A DNA stretch of 64,000 nt, taken from positions 12,471 to 76,470 of the forward strand of contig JAFGQU010000022.1 of the NCBI GenBank assembly GCA_016935525.1, written 5' to 3'. Shown piece after piece: positions 1 through 9,306 of this stretch (the stretch's first letter is position 1; each line of letters starts with the position of its first letter). Source of the stretch: Candidatus Omnitrophota bacterium (GTDB taxonomy: Bacteria; Omnitrophota; Gorgyraeia; Duberdicusellales; 4484-171). The notes below the pieces were generated by a model. The model was not told the origin of the DNA. It made no database searches and saw only the letters and a list, made by a program, of their open reading frames with translations. Position numbers and translations under genes: made by a program.

Positions 1-320
1 CCGATATCACTCACAATGATCGCGTCAGTTTGAATCTTGATGATTGTGCCGAGGAGACTGTCGATATCCCGATATTGTTCAGGAATAATAAACGGCATGT
101 TCAAAGTGACGAAAAGTTTTTTCCGGTGAGCATGGGCCACATCAATCGATTTTTGAAGCTCGTTATAGGAGGAAAAATTCGAAGCAGTATCTCCCGCATG
201 ACAATTTATATCCTTGTATACGACCTGTTCAGGGATTATTCCGCAATAGAATTCATCAGCACCGGCATCGATAAGCGGAAGAATATCTTGGTATCTACTG
301 ACCGGAGCTAGAATATGCAT
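1..320 (-). CDS. U32 family peptidase-like protein (N-terminal part; runs off the window edge)
   Basis: Not in the ORF track. Manual translation from the ATG at 320 gives MHILAPVSRYQDILPLIDAGADEFYCG...NFSSYNELQKSIDVAHAHRKKLFVTLN...DAIIVSDIG, matching the U32 N-terminal pattern (LAP..., GAD.xY.G, NF...EL...AH...VTLN, DA.IV.D.G). Overlaps the 3' end of the upstream glycosyltransferase. Confidence 0.8.
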   Translation of the reverse strand, partial: MHILAPVSRYQDILPLIDAGADEFYCGIIPEQVVYKDINCHAGDTASNFSSYNELQKSIDVAHAHRKKLFVTLNMPFIIPEQYRDIDSLLGTIIKIQTDAIIVSDI

Positions 321-1623
321 GGGTCTTGTCCTCTTTCCATTTTTTTAGATCTTCTTCGGTATCGATATCCCGTAGCAAAGGTAATCTGGCTGAGGCTGCT
401 TTAAGATTTTCAATACGGCTTAATGTGGCGGGTAACACATCCGGAGTACTCCAGGGTATGTTTCGGAAAAGTTCTCGATACATTTTTTTCATCCCCAAAA
501 GATAATATCCTCCATCATGAGTCGGCCCCAGTACGATTTGATGGGAATCTAATAATCGGAGTGCGTTTTCAATGATATCCCGGGAAAGGTCGGGAATATC
601 GGTCCCGACAATGACCACTTTCTCCGCCCCGTAGCTGAACACCCGGCACAATGCGTGTTCCATCCGTTGGCCAAGATCATGACCGGTCTGGCTTAGACAA
701 AGGAATCCTGATCTTGCCCAGCGGCAGGTTTTTTTTACTGTATCAGAATCAGCTACAAAAATATACCGAATGAGGCCGGTATTTGAGATGCTGCGTGCGG
801 TACGGAATGCCTTTTCTGCGATTCGTTTATACACTAACGCGGCATAACGTTTCCCTTTGGTTTTTGCCAGCCGGCTTTTCACTTTGCCCGGGACCGGATA
901 ACGCGCAAAGAGAATAATCGCGGTATGGTTTTTTTTCTTACGAGCAGTATACATTTGAGCCAATTCGTAAGGAGATTTTCCTAAAAGATAGAGACACATT
1001 ATTTTCGCATCAAAGAAATATTGCCGGACGATGCCGTTTTGGACGAATCGCCGGGCTGAAGTAACGGCGGTTTTCGGTAAAAGATGTATTTTAGTGAGGA
1101 CCCTAGCTTTTTGAAGGAATTTTACTTCTTCGAATAACGGCCAGTTCGGGTATCCGGCTATCCGGTAGAAGAATCCGCGACGGACAATAATACAGTGATC
1201 TCCGAACCGGGTGAATACCGAATCAAACCGGCTGCAGAAAGTATACCATTTAAGTATCCAGTGAGATATATCCAGAGCCAGACGAAATATCCCGATCTGC
1301 ACTCTTTGATCGGAAAAGAAATCGGATAGCGAAAAAAAAGCATCGTCCGGCAAGCGCGTGTCGGCATGGAGAAATAAGAATATATCTCCTTTTGCCCGGT
1401 CGGCCCCGGCATTGAGTTGGTATCCTCTTCCCCGGGCAGTCGTAAGTACCGTTGCTCCCAGTGATTCGGCGATTGTCAGGGTGGCATCGGTACTGCCGCC
1501 GTCGGCAACAATGATCTCGATTTCAGGATTAAGGGTGCGAAGATGATTGATACAATCGGCTATACACAGTTCTTCGTTAAGGGTAGGTATGATTACTGAG
1601 AAAGTAAACAAATGCGTTCCCAT
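295..1623 (-). CDS. Fused glycosyltransferase: TIGR04283-like GT2 plus TIGR04282/DUF2064-like domain (arsenosugar/rSAM-associated)
   Basis: N-half SVIIPTLNEE, DGGSTD, GRGYQLNAGA, FLHADT, TSARRF; C-half FARYPVPGKVKSRLA, QTGHDLGQRM, IVGTDIP, LGPTHDGGYYLLG, IPWST, DIDTEEDL. Confidence 0.85.
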   Translation of the reverse strand: MGTHLFTFSVIIPTLNEELCIADCINHLRTLNPEIEIIVADGGSTDATLTIAESLGATVLTTARGRGYQLNAGADRAKGDIFLFLHADTRLPDDAFFSLSDFFSDQRVQIGIFRLALDISHWILKWYTFCSRFDSVFTRFGDHCIIVRRGFFYRIAGYPNWPLFEEVKFLQKARVLTKIHLLPKTAVTSARRFVQNGIVRQYFFDAKIMCLYLLGKSPYELAQMYTARKKKNHTAIILFARYPVPGKVKSRLAKTKGKRYAALVYKRIAEKAFRTARSISNTGLIRYIFVADSDTVKKTCRWARSGFLCLSQTGHDLGQRMEHALCRVFSYGAEKVVIVGTDIPDLSRDIIENALRLLDSHQIVLGPTHDGGYYLLGMKKMYRELFRNIPWSTPDVLPATLSRIENLKAASARLPLLRDIDTEEDLKKWKEDKTHAYSSSGQ

Positions 1624-1692
1624 TGCATATAATCGGGGCCCAATAGATAATTACCCTTGAAAATGATACGTAAAGAAATCCCGTTATGAGAA

Positions 1693-1929
1693 TTAATCCA
1701 TATGTTTTGTGGATTCCTGGATTAGAGGAAGAATCGCTTCGACTTCTTCTTTGGACATCCGGCCGAGTTTAGCGAAACGGTATTCTCCGTCGGCACTTTT
1801 ATTTTCCCGGGTAATCTGAAGTTTTTTTGTCCCTTTGTTGTAGGAATGGACTCCTACAGTAAGCCGTTCTACATCGTTTTCCCATGATTTCTGAAAGATA
1901 CATTCGTCCAGGCTTGGATTATACGGCAT
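1693..1929 (-). CDS. Small conserved hypothetical protein (possible PC4/PUR-like nucleic-acid-binding fold)
   Basis: GGAGG RBS before the ATG at 1929; beta-rich segment followed by a helix (KLGRMSKEEV). Fold is inferred. Confidence 0.65.
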   Translation of the reverse strand: MPYNPSLDECIFQKSWENDVERLTVGVHSYNKGTKKLQITRENKSADGEYRFAKLGRMSKEEVEAILPLIQESTKHMD

Positions 1930-1973
1930 AAGCACCTCCCTCTTTTAATAAAAATATGCATTGTGGTATGGTA

Positions 1974-2678
1974 TTATTTTCCGCTCTTGATCTCATCGGA
2001 CAAAATGATCGCATCGGCGATCTCTTTCATCGGCACTCGTTTATCCATACTGGACTTACGGATTAAAGCGTAGGCCGCGTTTTCGGTCAGTTTCTGTTCG
2101 CGCATAAGGATACCTTTGGCTTTTTCTACTTTCTTGCGAGTTTCCAGCTCTTCCTGAATAATCTTCGATTTCACCATCAATTCGGTATTTTCAATAGCGA
2201 CCGCAGCCTGGTTAGCCACGGCACTTAAAAGGTCGATATCACTTTTGGTAAATTTGTACACATCGGTAGTATAACAATTGATCACTCCGATTAATTTTTT
2301 CTTTACCAGCATCGGTACACTGAGCATAGATACCAGGCCTTCACGACGGGCAAGCTGTTTTTCTTTATATTGCGGATCTTTAGCTACATCAAGAATGACC
2401 ATCGGTTTTTTTTCTTTCGCGACCAGCCCGACAATCCCTTCTCCCAGCTTGATACTGCGTTCTTTAAGATAGGCCTGGCTCATCGCCTGGGTCGCCCTGA
2501 TTTTCAATTCCTGTGTTTTTTCTTCAATCAGCCATAATGCGCAGATCTTCGCCCGCATTACGTTGGCGGTAAGGGTGACGATCAGTTTCAGTACATCTTC
2601 GAGATAAAGGTCGGAAGTGATCGCTTTACTGATCTTACTTAACGTCACAATATAGTCTTTATAGCTGGTTTTTGGCAT
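1974..2678 (-). CDS. GAF-ANTAR RNA-binding antitermination regulator
   Basis: GAF (GEGIVGLVA, SMLSVPM...IGVINCY, LLSAVANQAAVAIEN) followed by coiled coil and ANTAR (LETRKKVEKAKGILM...ENAAYALIRKSSMDKRVPMKEIADAII). Confidence 0.93.
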   Translation of the reverse strand: MPKTSYKDYIVTLSKISKAITSDLYLEDVLKLIVTLTANVMRAKICALWLIEEKTQELKIRATQAMSQAYLKERSIKLGEGIVGLVAKEKKPMVILDVAKDPQYKEKQLARREGLVSMLSVPMLVKKKLIGVINCYTTDVYKFTKSDIDLLSAVANQAAVAIENTELMVKSKIIQEELETRKKVEKAKGILMREQKLTENAAYALIRKSSMDKRVPMKEIADAIILSDEIKSGK

Positions 2679-2808
2679 ACTATCTCATTATAACAAAAAT
2701 GATGGCACTGAGAACCCTATATCTATATATTATATATATAGGAAGCAGAAAATCAAAGGAAGAAATAACGCGGGGGAAAAGCGAAAAAACGCCTATTTTA
2801 AATGGATA

Positions 2809-3237
2809 TTATTTCTCCTGGATGATGAATTTTTCAATTTTTTCTTTTATATGGTCACGGATCTTCCGGATAGTTTTTAATTTTTCCTGATCACTTCCCG
2901 ATAGTCCCGCCGGATCTTCAAACCCCCAATGCAGCCTTTTGGCGATACCCGGAAATACCGGGCAACGCTGGGAATTGGCTCCATCGCATACGGTGATAAC
3001 GTAGTTATACCGTTTGCCTTGGGTGTAAAAATCAAACACGCTTTTGGCCTTATTTTGGGAAATATCGACCCCGATCTCTTTCATTACCTGAACGACCAAC
3101 GGATTCACTGTGCCCGGTTCGAGTCCGGCACTTTCGGCATAAAACCGGTCGCCGCCCAGTCTGTTTAAAAAGGCTTCGGCTATCTGGCTGCGTGCCGAGT
3201 TATGGATACATACAAAAAGCACTTTTTTCTTATCCAT
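2809..3237 (-). CDS. arsC: Arsenate reductase (LMW-PTP/thioredoxin type)
   Basis: VLFVCIHNSARSQIAEA, ITVCD, CPVFPG, HWGFEDP. Confidence 0.9.
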   Translation of the reverse strand: MDKKKVLFVCIHNSARSQIAEAFLNRLGGDRFYAESAGLEPGTVNPLVVQVMKEIGVDISQNKAKSVFDFYTQGKRYNYVITVCDGANSQRCPVFPGIAKRLHWGFEDPAGLSGSDQEKLKTIRKIRDHIKEKIEKFIIQEK

Positions 3238-3296
3238 ACCGAGTTCTTCTCCGTTACGAATATATGAAAAGTAACATTATTTTCGATATGCCCCTT

Positions 3297-3461
3297 TTAT
3301 CCCGCCGCTTAAAACCACGGCTTTCAGGCTGTGGATGGATGCGGCGAGGATTCCGCCCCAAAAGAACTCCGGGCTTTTCTCTCACCCCAACATGTTTATC
3401 CAGCGGGATCCCGCTGGATAAATTACATTTATGTGCGGGAAGCCCGGGTGGGGCTCCATTT
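3297..3461. mobile_element. Non-autonomous IS200/IS605-like hairpin element, copy A
   Basis: Colinear similarity to 48222-48387; subterminal hairpin CCACGGCTTTCAGGCTGTGG. Confidence 0.5.
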
Positions 3462-3562
3462 GAAACAAGGGGGCCCGTGGCATACAGGCATAGCTTACTG
3501 TTCTCTTGTGATTTGGCCATGAAGGAACTGTTACTTTTTTGTGAACAATAACCGGTATCGTC

Positions 3563-3883
3563 TCAACGGTTATTGTACCCTTGATTTTTCTTTATTTTTT
3601 CCCGGGCCTGTTTTCGTTTTTTTGCGGCTTCTTTATGCGTTTTTTTCAACTCTTTTTCTGCCCGGTGTAAAGCCCGTGCTACTTCCCGTTCCTGAAGGAT
3701 TTTAGTTTTAGCTTCACCGGACTTGCCGATGGTCGCCCACCAGTCTCCGACCCGGTTGAATACGGAATGTTCTGATGCATGTGCGTGCGCCTGGACATTT
3801 GCCTGGGTTTCTCCCTGATCCTGGGGGTAACAGGGTAACACCTGCGCACAGATAATGAAAGCGATTAACAGAGGTCTCTTCAC
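3563..3883 (-). CDS. Hypothetical exported protein with basic coiled-coil C-terminus
   Basis: AAGGAG RBS before the GTG at 3883; hydrophobic signal-like N-terminus; start uncertain. Confidence 0.6.
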   Translation of the reverse strand: MKRPLLIAFIICAQVLPCYPQDQGETQANVQAHAHASEHSVFNRVGDWWATIGKSGEAKTKILQEREVARALHRAEKELKKTHKEAAKKRKQAREKIKKNQGYNNR

Positions 3884-4020
3884 CAAAGTCTCCTTTCGGT
3901 TGACTATAGTCCTATCCACATATTACCCGGAAAAGCAATTATATCAGAAGCAACCGGTATCAACAATAAAGGATATTATATATGGGGTACCCAAAAAGAA
4001 TAACTGAAGGCGGGGTTGTC

Positions 4021-4059
4021 TCTCTTTACAACAACTCGTGATGAGTTGTTGTAAAGAGA
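4021..4059. repeat. Perfect 17-bp stem hairpin downstream of the DUF2959 gene (terminator or REP-like)
   Basis: TCTCTTTACAACAACTC-GTGAT-GAGTTGTTGTAAAGAGA; no clear U-tract. Confidence 0.6.
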
Positions 4060-4071
4060 AGTCGTATTCAG

Positions 4072-4956
4072 TTACTTGCGCGGCGACATGGATGTCGAAA
4101 GCGCATCGAGTTTTTCAACGACAGTAGCGATCTGTTCGAGATTACGTTCGGACTCGGTATTTATTTTTTTGAACACATCGGAAATCGAATCGATAGCTTC
4201 GATGTTCAGATCATAATTAAGGAAATTACGCGTATCGACTAATTGAGCGAGGAACGGTTCTATTTTTGTTTTTAACCGATCGACTTCTCTCATGATCTGG
4301 TCGAAGTCTCTTTGCGTTACAGTCAGCCGGCGCCGGCTGCGGTTACGGATAGAATTGTTGTTGAATGATTCTAGATTGCTTTCCCACGCTGCGAAATAGG
4401 CAGCAGCCTGTTCTTCCATGGTCCCGGATGCGTCACGTAACGCTTCGATATGAGTCTGGGTTTTCTCGATTTCCTGGATGAACTTTTTGAACTGTTTGGT
4501 CAACGGGTTATCCATCAGACGGTCCGCTTCGTTGGTTTCGGCAAGAAAATTCATGGCATTTACCACATTGTGGACCTGTTCGTCGGTTTTTGTGAGTACC
4601 GCCCGTAAACTGGCCATGCTGGCTAAGGTATCTTCTACTTTCACTTGGTCCATATAGTCCTGAACAATCGCAACGCTTTGGGGATGCGATTCTTCTTGGG
4701 CCATATCGACCATTTCCGGTTCGGCCACATCCTGAGGTTCTTCTACGAGAGGCTTCTCCACCACCGGTTGAGGTTCAACGGGTTCGGTTTCTACCGCGGG
4801 TAGCTCGATCGGTACCTCAGATACCTCCGGCACTTCAATGATCTTCGGCGGGGGCATAAAATATCCCTGATTATTGGCTGGTTGAGCGCCGGCTACAGAA
4901 ACGGTCGCGCATATCCAAATAAGTATCCCTAAGCTTCTTAATAGAGCTGTTTTCAT
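4072..4956 (-). CDS. DUF2959-like exported coiled-coil protein with Pro/Glu-rich linker
   Basis: Signal peptide; YFAAWESNL...IRNRSRRRL and FLNYDLN..AI motifs. Confidence 0.65.
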   Translation of the reverse strand: MKTALLRSLGILIWICATVSVAGAQPANNQGYFMPPPKIIEVPEVSEVPIELPAVETEPVEPQPVVEKPLVEEPQDVAEPEMVDMAQEESHPQSVAIVQDYMDQVKVEDTLASMASLRAVLTKTDEQVHNVVNAMNFLAETNEADRLMDNPLTKQFKKFIQEIEKTQTHIEALRDASGTMEEQAAAYFAAWESNLESFNNNSIRNRSRRRLTVTQRDFDQIMREVDRLKTKIEPFLAQLVDTRNFLNYDLNIEAIDSISDVFKKINTESERNLEQIATVVEKLDALSTSMSPRK

Positions 4957-5120
4957 TTGTCCCTCCTTGTTACCGTGCCTTTTTCTCTCGTCTTAACTAT
5001 ACTATAATTATAGGGAAGATTACAAATATATCACTTTCGTATATAACTGAATCACAGTAGCTTATAAGTCCAGCCGTCTTTAAACCGGTCAAATCGGGTT
5101 ATCGTCGAAAAGCGTAGTAA

Positions 5121-6626
5121 TTACTTGATTTTCCTGGCGCCGGGCAATATCTCTTCACGCACTTTTGGTAATTGTCCGAAAATGTTCTGGTATATCTCGT
5201 TATACCGGTCTTTGGGGCCGATAAATTCAAATACCAGCGGCATCACCTTTTTTGCCTCTCTCGCCATATCGTGAGATATGTTACGGATATCCCATTGAGC
5301 ATGATTGTCCTGGCGTAACCGTGAAATATGATAAAGTTCCCGGGCGTTTATTCGCATAAGGGCTCGGCGACAATGAGCGTTAGTAAGAATATAAGGAGCG
5401 CTCTGCGGTGCTCTTTTGGCGATGTGCTCGTAAGTCCGGTTGGTTTTCTCGACGATTTCGGTAAAATAATCCTCTTTCCCGATCGCTTTAATCGATTCCG
5501 GGACAGTAAGGCCTAACGCTGGGTCGTACCCTTGAGTGGTAAGGGTAGCCATCCGGTGGCGTTTTAACTGGCCGAAACAGGCTGCAGACAGGATGATATC
5601 AAAAGTAAGGCTTACATATTCAAATTCCCTTATCATCGAGTCATAAAATTGCAGATTCTTCCATGCCGTTTGAAATATTTTTTGTTTTGTCTCAAACGGA
5701 CAGTTCGTTATGATCCGTTGGCACTGCCGGTAAGGTAAGTTCGATACGCTATGTAAAATACTCGCGGCAACCGTATCGTCTCCGTCAGCGGTGTACTCGA
5801 TCAGGCGGACTTTTCCTTCGGTCGGTTCGACCGGGGTCTCCGTGATCAATTGTTGCGTCAGGCTTTTAAGTTCCGGATACGTTTTCTGGTCACGATCGTT
5901 TGCCTGATGAAAAATTACGATCGAAGGCGCGACCTCGGCGATCTCATCGTAGATCATTCTTCCCAGTCTCTGGACTTCTTCAAGCGGGTGGGATGCGAAC
6001 CGCCGTAACATCAGTTCAAGGTTTCGCGCGTTTACGGTAAGTCCTACCTGCGATTCCGTCGCGAGTGCCGTAACGTACCGGGCATCTTCTTTTGCCCAGC
6101 CTTCGAGGAGATTATGATTTTTAGGGTTTTCGGCCAGTTGAGGATATTTTTTAAATACGTGGTCTTTCAACAGAGAAAAGAGTTCGAAATAAGCGTTATT
6201 TTGTACTTTGACCGTATCGATAAAAAGCCGTTCGGCTCCGGTATTTTTTATGTCCTGGGGGACCACAAAATCATTATCTAACGTGATATAACGTTGAGAC
6301 TTTTCGGTGTAAGAACACAACCGGAATCTTTCCAGCTCCTCCATCGCCAATCGCGATACTCCGATGATATCCAGATTGAATACAGCGTGTTCGGCGACCG
6401 AATGGTGGCCCATTTTAAAAATGATCGAACTGTTGGATTTACGGGTCTTTTCTACCTCGTTACGGGCATCTTTACGGATCTCTTCGATAGGACGGGGATC
6501 GCGGCTGATCCGGGCGTAGGCTGCGGATATGACTTCGGGAGTGATATCTTGACGTGAGGCTGGGTTTGCCTGGAGTTCTTTTAACACAGCAGTATCGACG
6601 TTGAAACCGGCTAAATGGACTTTCAT
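5121..6626 (-). CDS. thyX: FAD-dependent thymidylate synthase with tandem ThyX domains
   Basis: GHHSVAEH, YTEKSQRY, EDARYV, NARNL in the N-half; QLKRHR, NARELYH..RLR..HAQWDIR in the C-half. Confidence 0.85.
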   Translation of the reverse strand: MKVHLAGFNVDTAVLKELQANPASRQDITPEVISAAYARISRDPRPIEEIRKDARNEVEKTRKSNSSIIFKMGHHSVAEHAVFNLDIIGVSRLAMEELERFRLCSYTEKSQRYITLDNDFVVPQDIKNTGAERLFIDTVKVQNNAYFELFSLLKDHVFKKYPQLAENPKNHNLLEGWAKEDARYVTALATESQVGLTVNARNLELMLRRFASHPLEEVQRLGRMIYDEIAEVAPSIVIFHQANDRDQKTYPELKSLTQQLITETPVEPTEGKVRLIEYTADGDDTVAASILHSVSNLPYRQCQRIITNCPFETKQKIFQTAWKNLQFYDSMIREFEYVSLTFDIILSAACFGQLKRHRMATLTTQGYDPALGLTVPESIKAIGKEDYFTEIVEKTNRTYEHIAKRAPQSAPYILTNAHCRRALMRINARELYHISRLRQDNHAQWDIRNISHDMAREAKKVMPLVFEFIGPKDRYNEIYQNIFGQLPKVREEILPGARKIK

Positions 6627-6733
6627 GTTCGCTCCTTATTGTGAGTTTGATCCGACAGGTCTTATTATTATAGCAAGAAATATTTCTTTGAGAAGGACAT
6701 TATTATGGATCGGTTCGCTTAGGATCCGAGTCA

Positions 6734-8419
6734 TTATAGCTGTTTTTTCTCTATTTTTGCCCAGGTATCCCGCAAAGGGACGATCCGGTGAAACACAGGA
6801 TTTTTATCGGTAGATTCGACCGGGTCGACAAAAAAATAACCGTGCCGTTCGAATTGATAGCGAGTGCGCACATCCGCTTGTTTCAGGGAGGGTTCGAGTT
6901 TTGCTCCAGAAAGCATCTCCAGAGAATGAGGGTTAAGATGGACAGTGAAATCTTCTCCTTCGGCATGGGCTTCGGGGGCAGCTGCGGAAAACAGATGGTC
7001 ATAGATCCTGACCGGAGCGGATATCGCATGAGCCGCGCTTACCCAATGGAGAGTCGCTTTTACTTTTCGTTTATCGGGAGCGTCTCCTCCTCGCGTCGCC
7101 GGATCATAGGCGCAGTGTAATTCGACGATATTCCCTTGAGCGTCTTTTATTACTTGTTCGCATGTAATGAAATAGGCATAACGCAGGCGTACTTCTTTCC
7201 CGGGAGAAAGCCGGTAAAACTTTTTCGGCGGATCTTCGCGAAAATCGTCCTGTTCGATATAGATGATCTTACTGAACGGTACCGGCCTGGTCCCCATGGC
7301 GGGATCCTCGGGATTATTGACCGCGTTCAGCTCTTCGGTCTGTCCTTCGGGATAATTGGTGAGCACTACTTTAAGAGGGTTCAAGACCGCCATCCTTCGC
7401 GGTGCGGTTTTATTGAGTTCTTCCCGTAACGCATTTTCCAGAAGAGCGACATCGATGATACTATTGAATTTAGCGACTCCTATTTTTTCGCAGAAATTGC
7501 GGATAGATGAAGGCGTATATCCTCTACGGCGTAATCCCGAAAGAGTCGGCATCCGCGGGTCATCCCACCCGCATACGTGATTTTTTTCTACCAGTTGGAG
7601 CAGTTTCCGTTTACTCAATACCGTATAACTTAAGTTCAGGCGGGCAAATTCGATCTGTTGAGGATGGTACGCATCAAGTTCAGCGAGGATCCAGTCGTAC
7701 AAGGCCCGGTTATTTTCAAATTCCAGCGTACAGATCGAATGGGTGATCCCTTCGATCGAATCGCTCAGGCAATGGGCGAAATCATACATAGGATAGACAC
7801 ACCAGGCCTCACCGGTACGATGGTGGCGTTCATATCGGATACGATAAAGAATAGGGTCGCGCATGATCATGTGCGGTGAAGCCATATCGATCTTTGCCCT
7901 CAGGACCCGGTCTCCTTCGCCGAATTCCCCCTGACGCATCCGGGTAAACAGACCAAGATTTTCTTCAACACTGCGATTACGAAACGGGGAATCTTTTCCG
8001 GGTTCGTTCACCGTACCGCGAAACACGCGGATCTCATCAAGCGGCAGGTCGCATACGTACGCTTTGCCTCTTTTAATGAGTTCGACGGCATACGCGTAAA
8101 GTTTTTCAAAATAATCGGAAGCGTAATAAAGACGGTCTTCCCAGTCAAATCCCAGCCAGCGGACGTCCTGGGTGATGGAGTCTACATATTCCTGTTCCTC
8201 TTTCGTCGGATTGGTATCGTCAAACCGCAGGTTGCATTTTCCCTGATAATCACGGGCGATACCGAAATTGAGACATATGGATTTTGCATGACCGATATGA
8301 AGATATCCGTTGGGCTCCGGGGGGAAACGGGTATGGACTCTGCTCGCATATTTCCCGGTTTTCAGATCGTCGTCAATGATTTCCCGGATAAAATTAGTAG
8401 GTTTTTTAGAAGATTCCAT
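6734..8419 (-). CDS. glnS: Glutamine--tRNA ligase
   Basis: [38 protein letters not shown]. Confidence 0.97.
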   Translation of the reverse strand: MESSKKPTNFIREIIDDDLKTGKYASRVHTRFPPEPNGYLHIGHAKSICLNFGIARDYQGKCNLRFDDTNPTKEEQEYVDSITQDVRWLGFDWEDRLYYASDYFEKLYAYAVELIKRGKAYVCDLPLDEIRVFRGTVNEPGKDSPFRNRSVEENLGLFTRMRQGEFGEGDRVLRAKIDMASPHMIMRDPILYRIRYERHHRTGEAWCVYPMYDFAHCLSDSIEGITHSICTLEFENNRALYDWILAELDAYHPQQIEFARLNLSYTVLSKRKLLQLVEKNHVCGWDDPRMPTLSGLRRRGYTPSSIRNFCEKIGVAKFNSIIDVALLENALREELNKTAPRRMAVLNPLKVVLTNYPEGQTEELNAVNNPEDPAMGTRPVPFSKIIYIEQDDFREDPPKKFYRLSPGKEVRLRYAYFITCEQVIKDAQGNIVELHCAYDPATRGGDAPDKRKVKATLHWVSAAHAISAPVRIYDHLFSAAAPEAHAEGEDFTVHLNPHSLEMLSGAKLEPSLKQADVRTRYQFERHGYFFVDPVESTDKNPVFHRIVPLRDTWAKIEKKQL

Positions 8420-8500
8420 AGGATGTATTTTAACACAATCTTTTAAAAAGTGAAGTGAGCGGGTCTCCTCGGATATTGGCTGTTACAAAAACGATTCGGC

Positions 8501-9136
8501 CTAATCCGTCAGGGGGTGACGGTACCGGTCGATCAGCCGTTCAATGGCATTTCTGATCGTGGAGAACTCTTTTGCGGCAATAAGGTCACTGCGGAAGATA
8601 CTAGTACCGAAGGCTACAGCGTCGGCTTTATACTCAAAAAATGAGCGGATATTTTTCTCGTTCACTCCGCCGCACGCGAGCAACTCGATGTCTCTGAACG
8701 GGCCTTTGATCTCCTGGAAATATCCGGGTGATACAGATTTCGCCGGGAATACTTTTACCATCGTCGCTCCGTTTTGCCAGGCATGATATATTTCCGTCGG
8801 CGTAAACGCTCCGGGGAATACGGGGATTTTTTGTTTCCGGCAATATTCGACGACTTCTTCGACAAAGACGGGAGATACGATAAAACTCGCTCCCGAGTCG
8901 ACGGCGTTCTTAAGGTTGGTGATATCCAGTACCGTACCGGCCCCGATAGTGAGTGAGTTTCCGGCAATGTTCTTCATCCGGCGAATGAGCGAGGATGCTC
9001 CTTCGGTGTCCATGGTGATCTCGATAGTCTTTAATCCGGATGAGATCACCGTTTCGGTAAGCGGTTCAATCTCTGTCTCTTTGATCCCCCGCAGGATTCC
9101 CAATATCGGCAGTTTTTTGAATTCGGCTATATCCAT
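8501..9136 (-). CDS. eda: KHG/KDPG aldolase
   Basis: IEIT, IGAGTV, FIVSP, PGAFTPTEI, VKVFPA, GGV; true start is MDIAEF (the upstream ORF extension lies in repeats). Confidence 0.88.
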   Translation of the reverse strand: MDIAEFKKLPILGILRGIKETEIEPLTETVISSGLKTIEITMDTEGASSLIRRMKNIAGNSLTIGAGTVLDITNLKNAVDSGASFIVSPVFVEEVVEYCRKQKIPVFPGAFTPTEIYHAWQNGATMVKVFPAKSVSPGYFQEIKGPFRDIELLACGGVNEKNIRSFFEYKADAVAFGTSIFRSDLIAAKEFSTIRNAIERLIDRYRHPLTD

Positions 9137-9140
9137 AAGA

Positions 9141-9300
9141 TTAAAGTCACATAGACACACGTATGCCTTCGGCACGTCACAAAGACACAAGGTCACAAAG
9201 TCACAGAGTCACATGTATTCGGTTCCACGTGTGACGTGTGTCGTGCAACGTGTGACTGCCCGCGAAGCAGACGTTCGTGTGACGTGTGACTTTGTGACCT
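9141..9300. repeat. Inverted array of 7/8-mer tandem repeats (GTCACAAA / TGTGACG)
   Basis: gtcacaaa-gacacaag-gtcacaaa-gtcacaga-gtcacatg followed by gtgacgt-gtgtcgt...gtgacgt-gtgac-tttgtgac. Confidence 0.8.
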
Positions 9301-9306
9301 TCCTGA

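Noticed and set aside
30-311. Plus-strand 93-aa ORF
   Set aside because: Antisense shadow of the U32-family gene on the minus strand
3192-3551. ORFs 3192-3551(+), 3254-3520(-) and 3331-3522(+)
   Set aside because: They span the repeated hairpin element, show no protein motifs and overlap each other
9137-9196. Cys-rich N-terminal extension of eda (MTLCLCD...), and the similar ORF at 32570
   Set aside because: Translation of TGTGAC repeats, not a metal-binding domain
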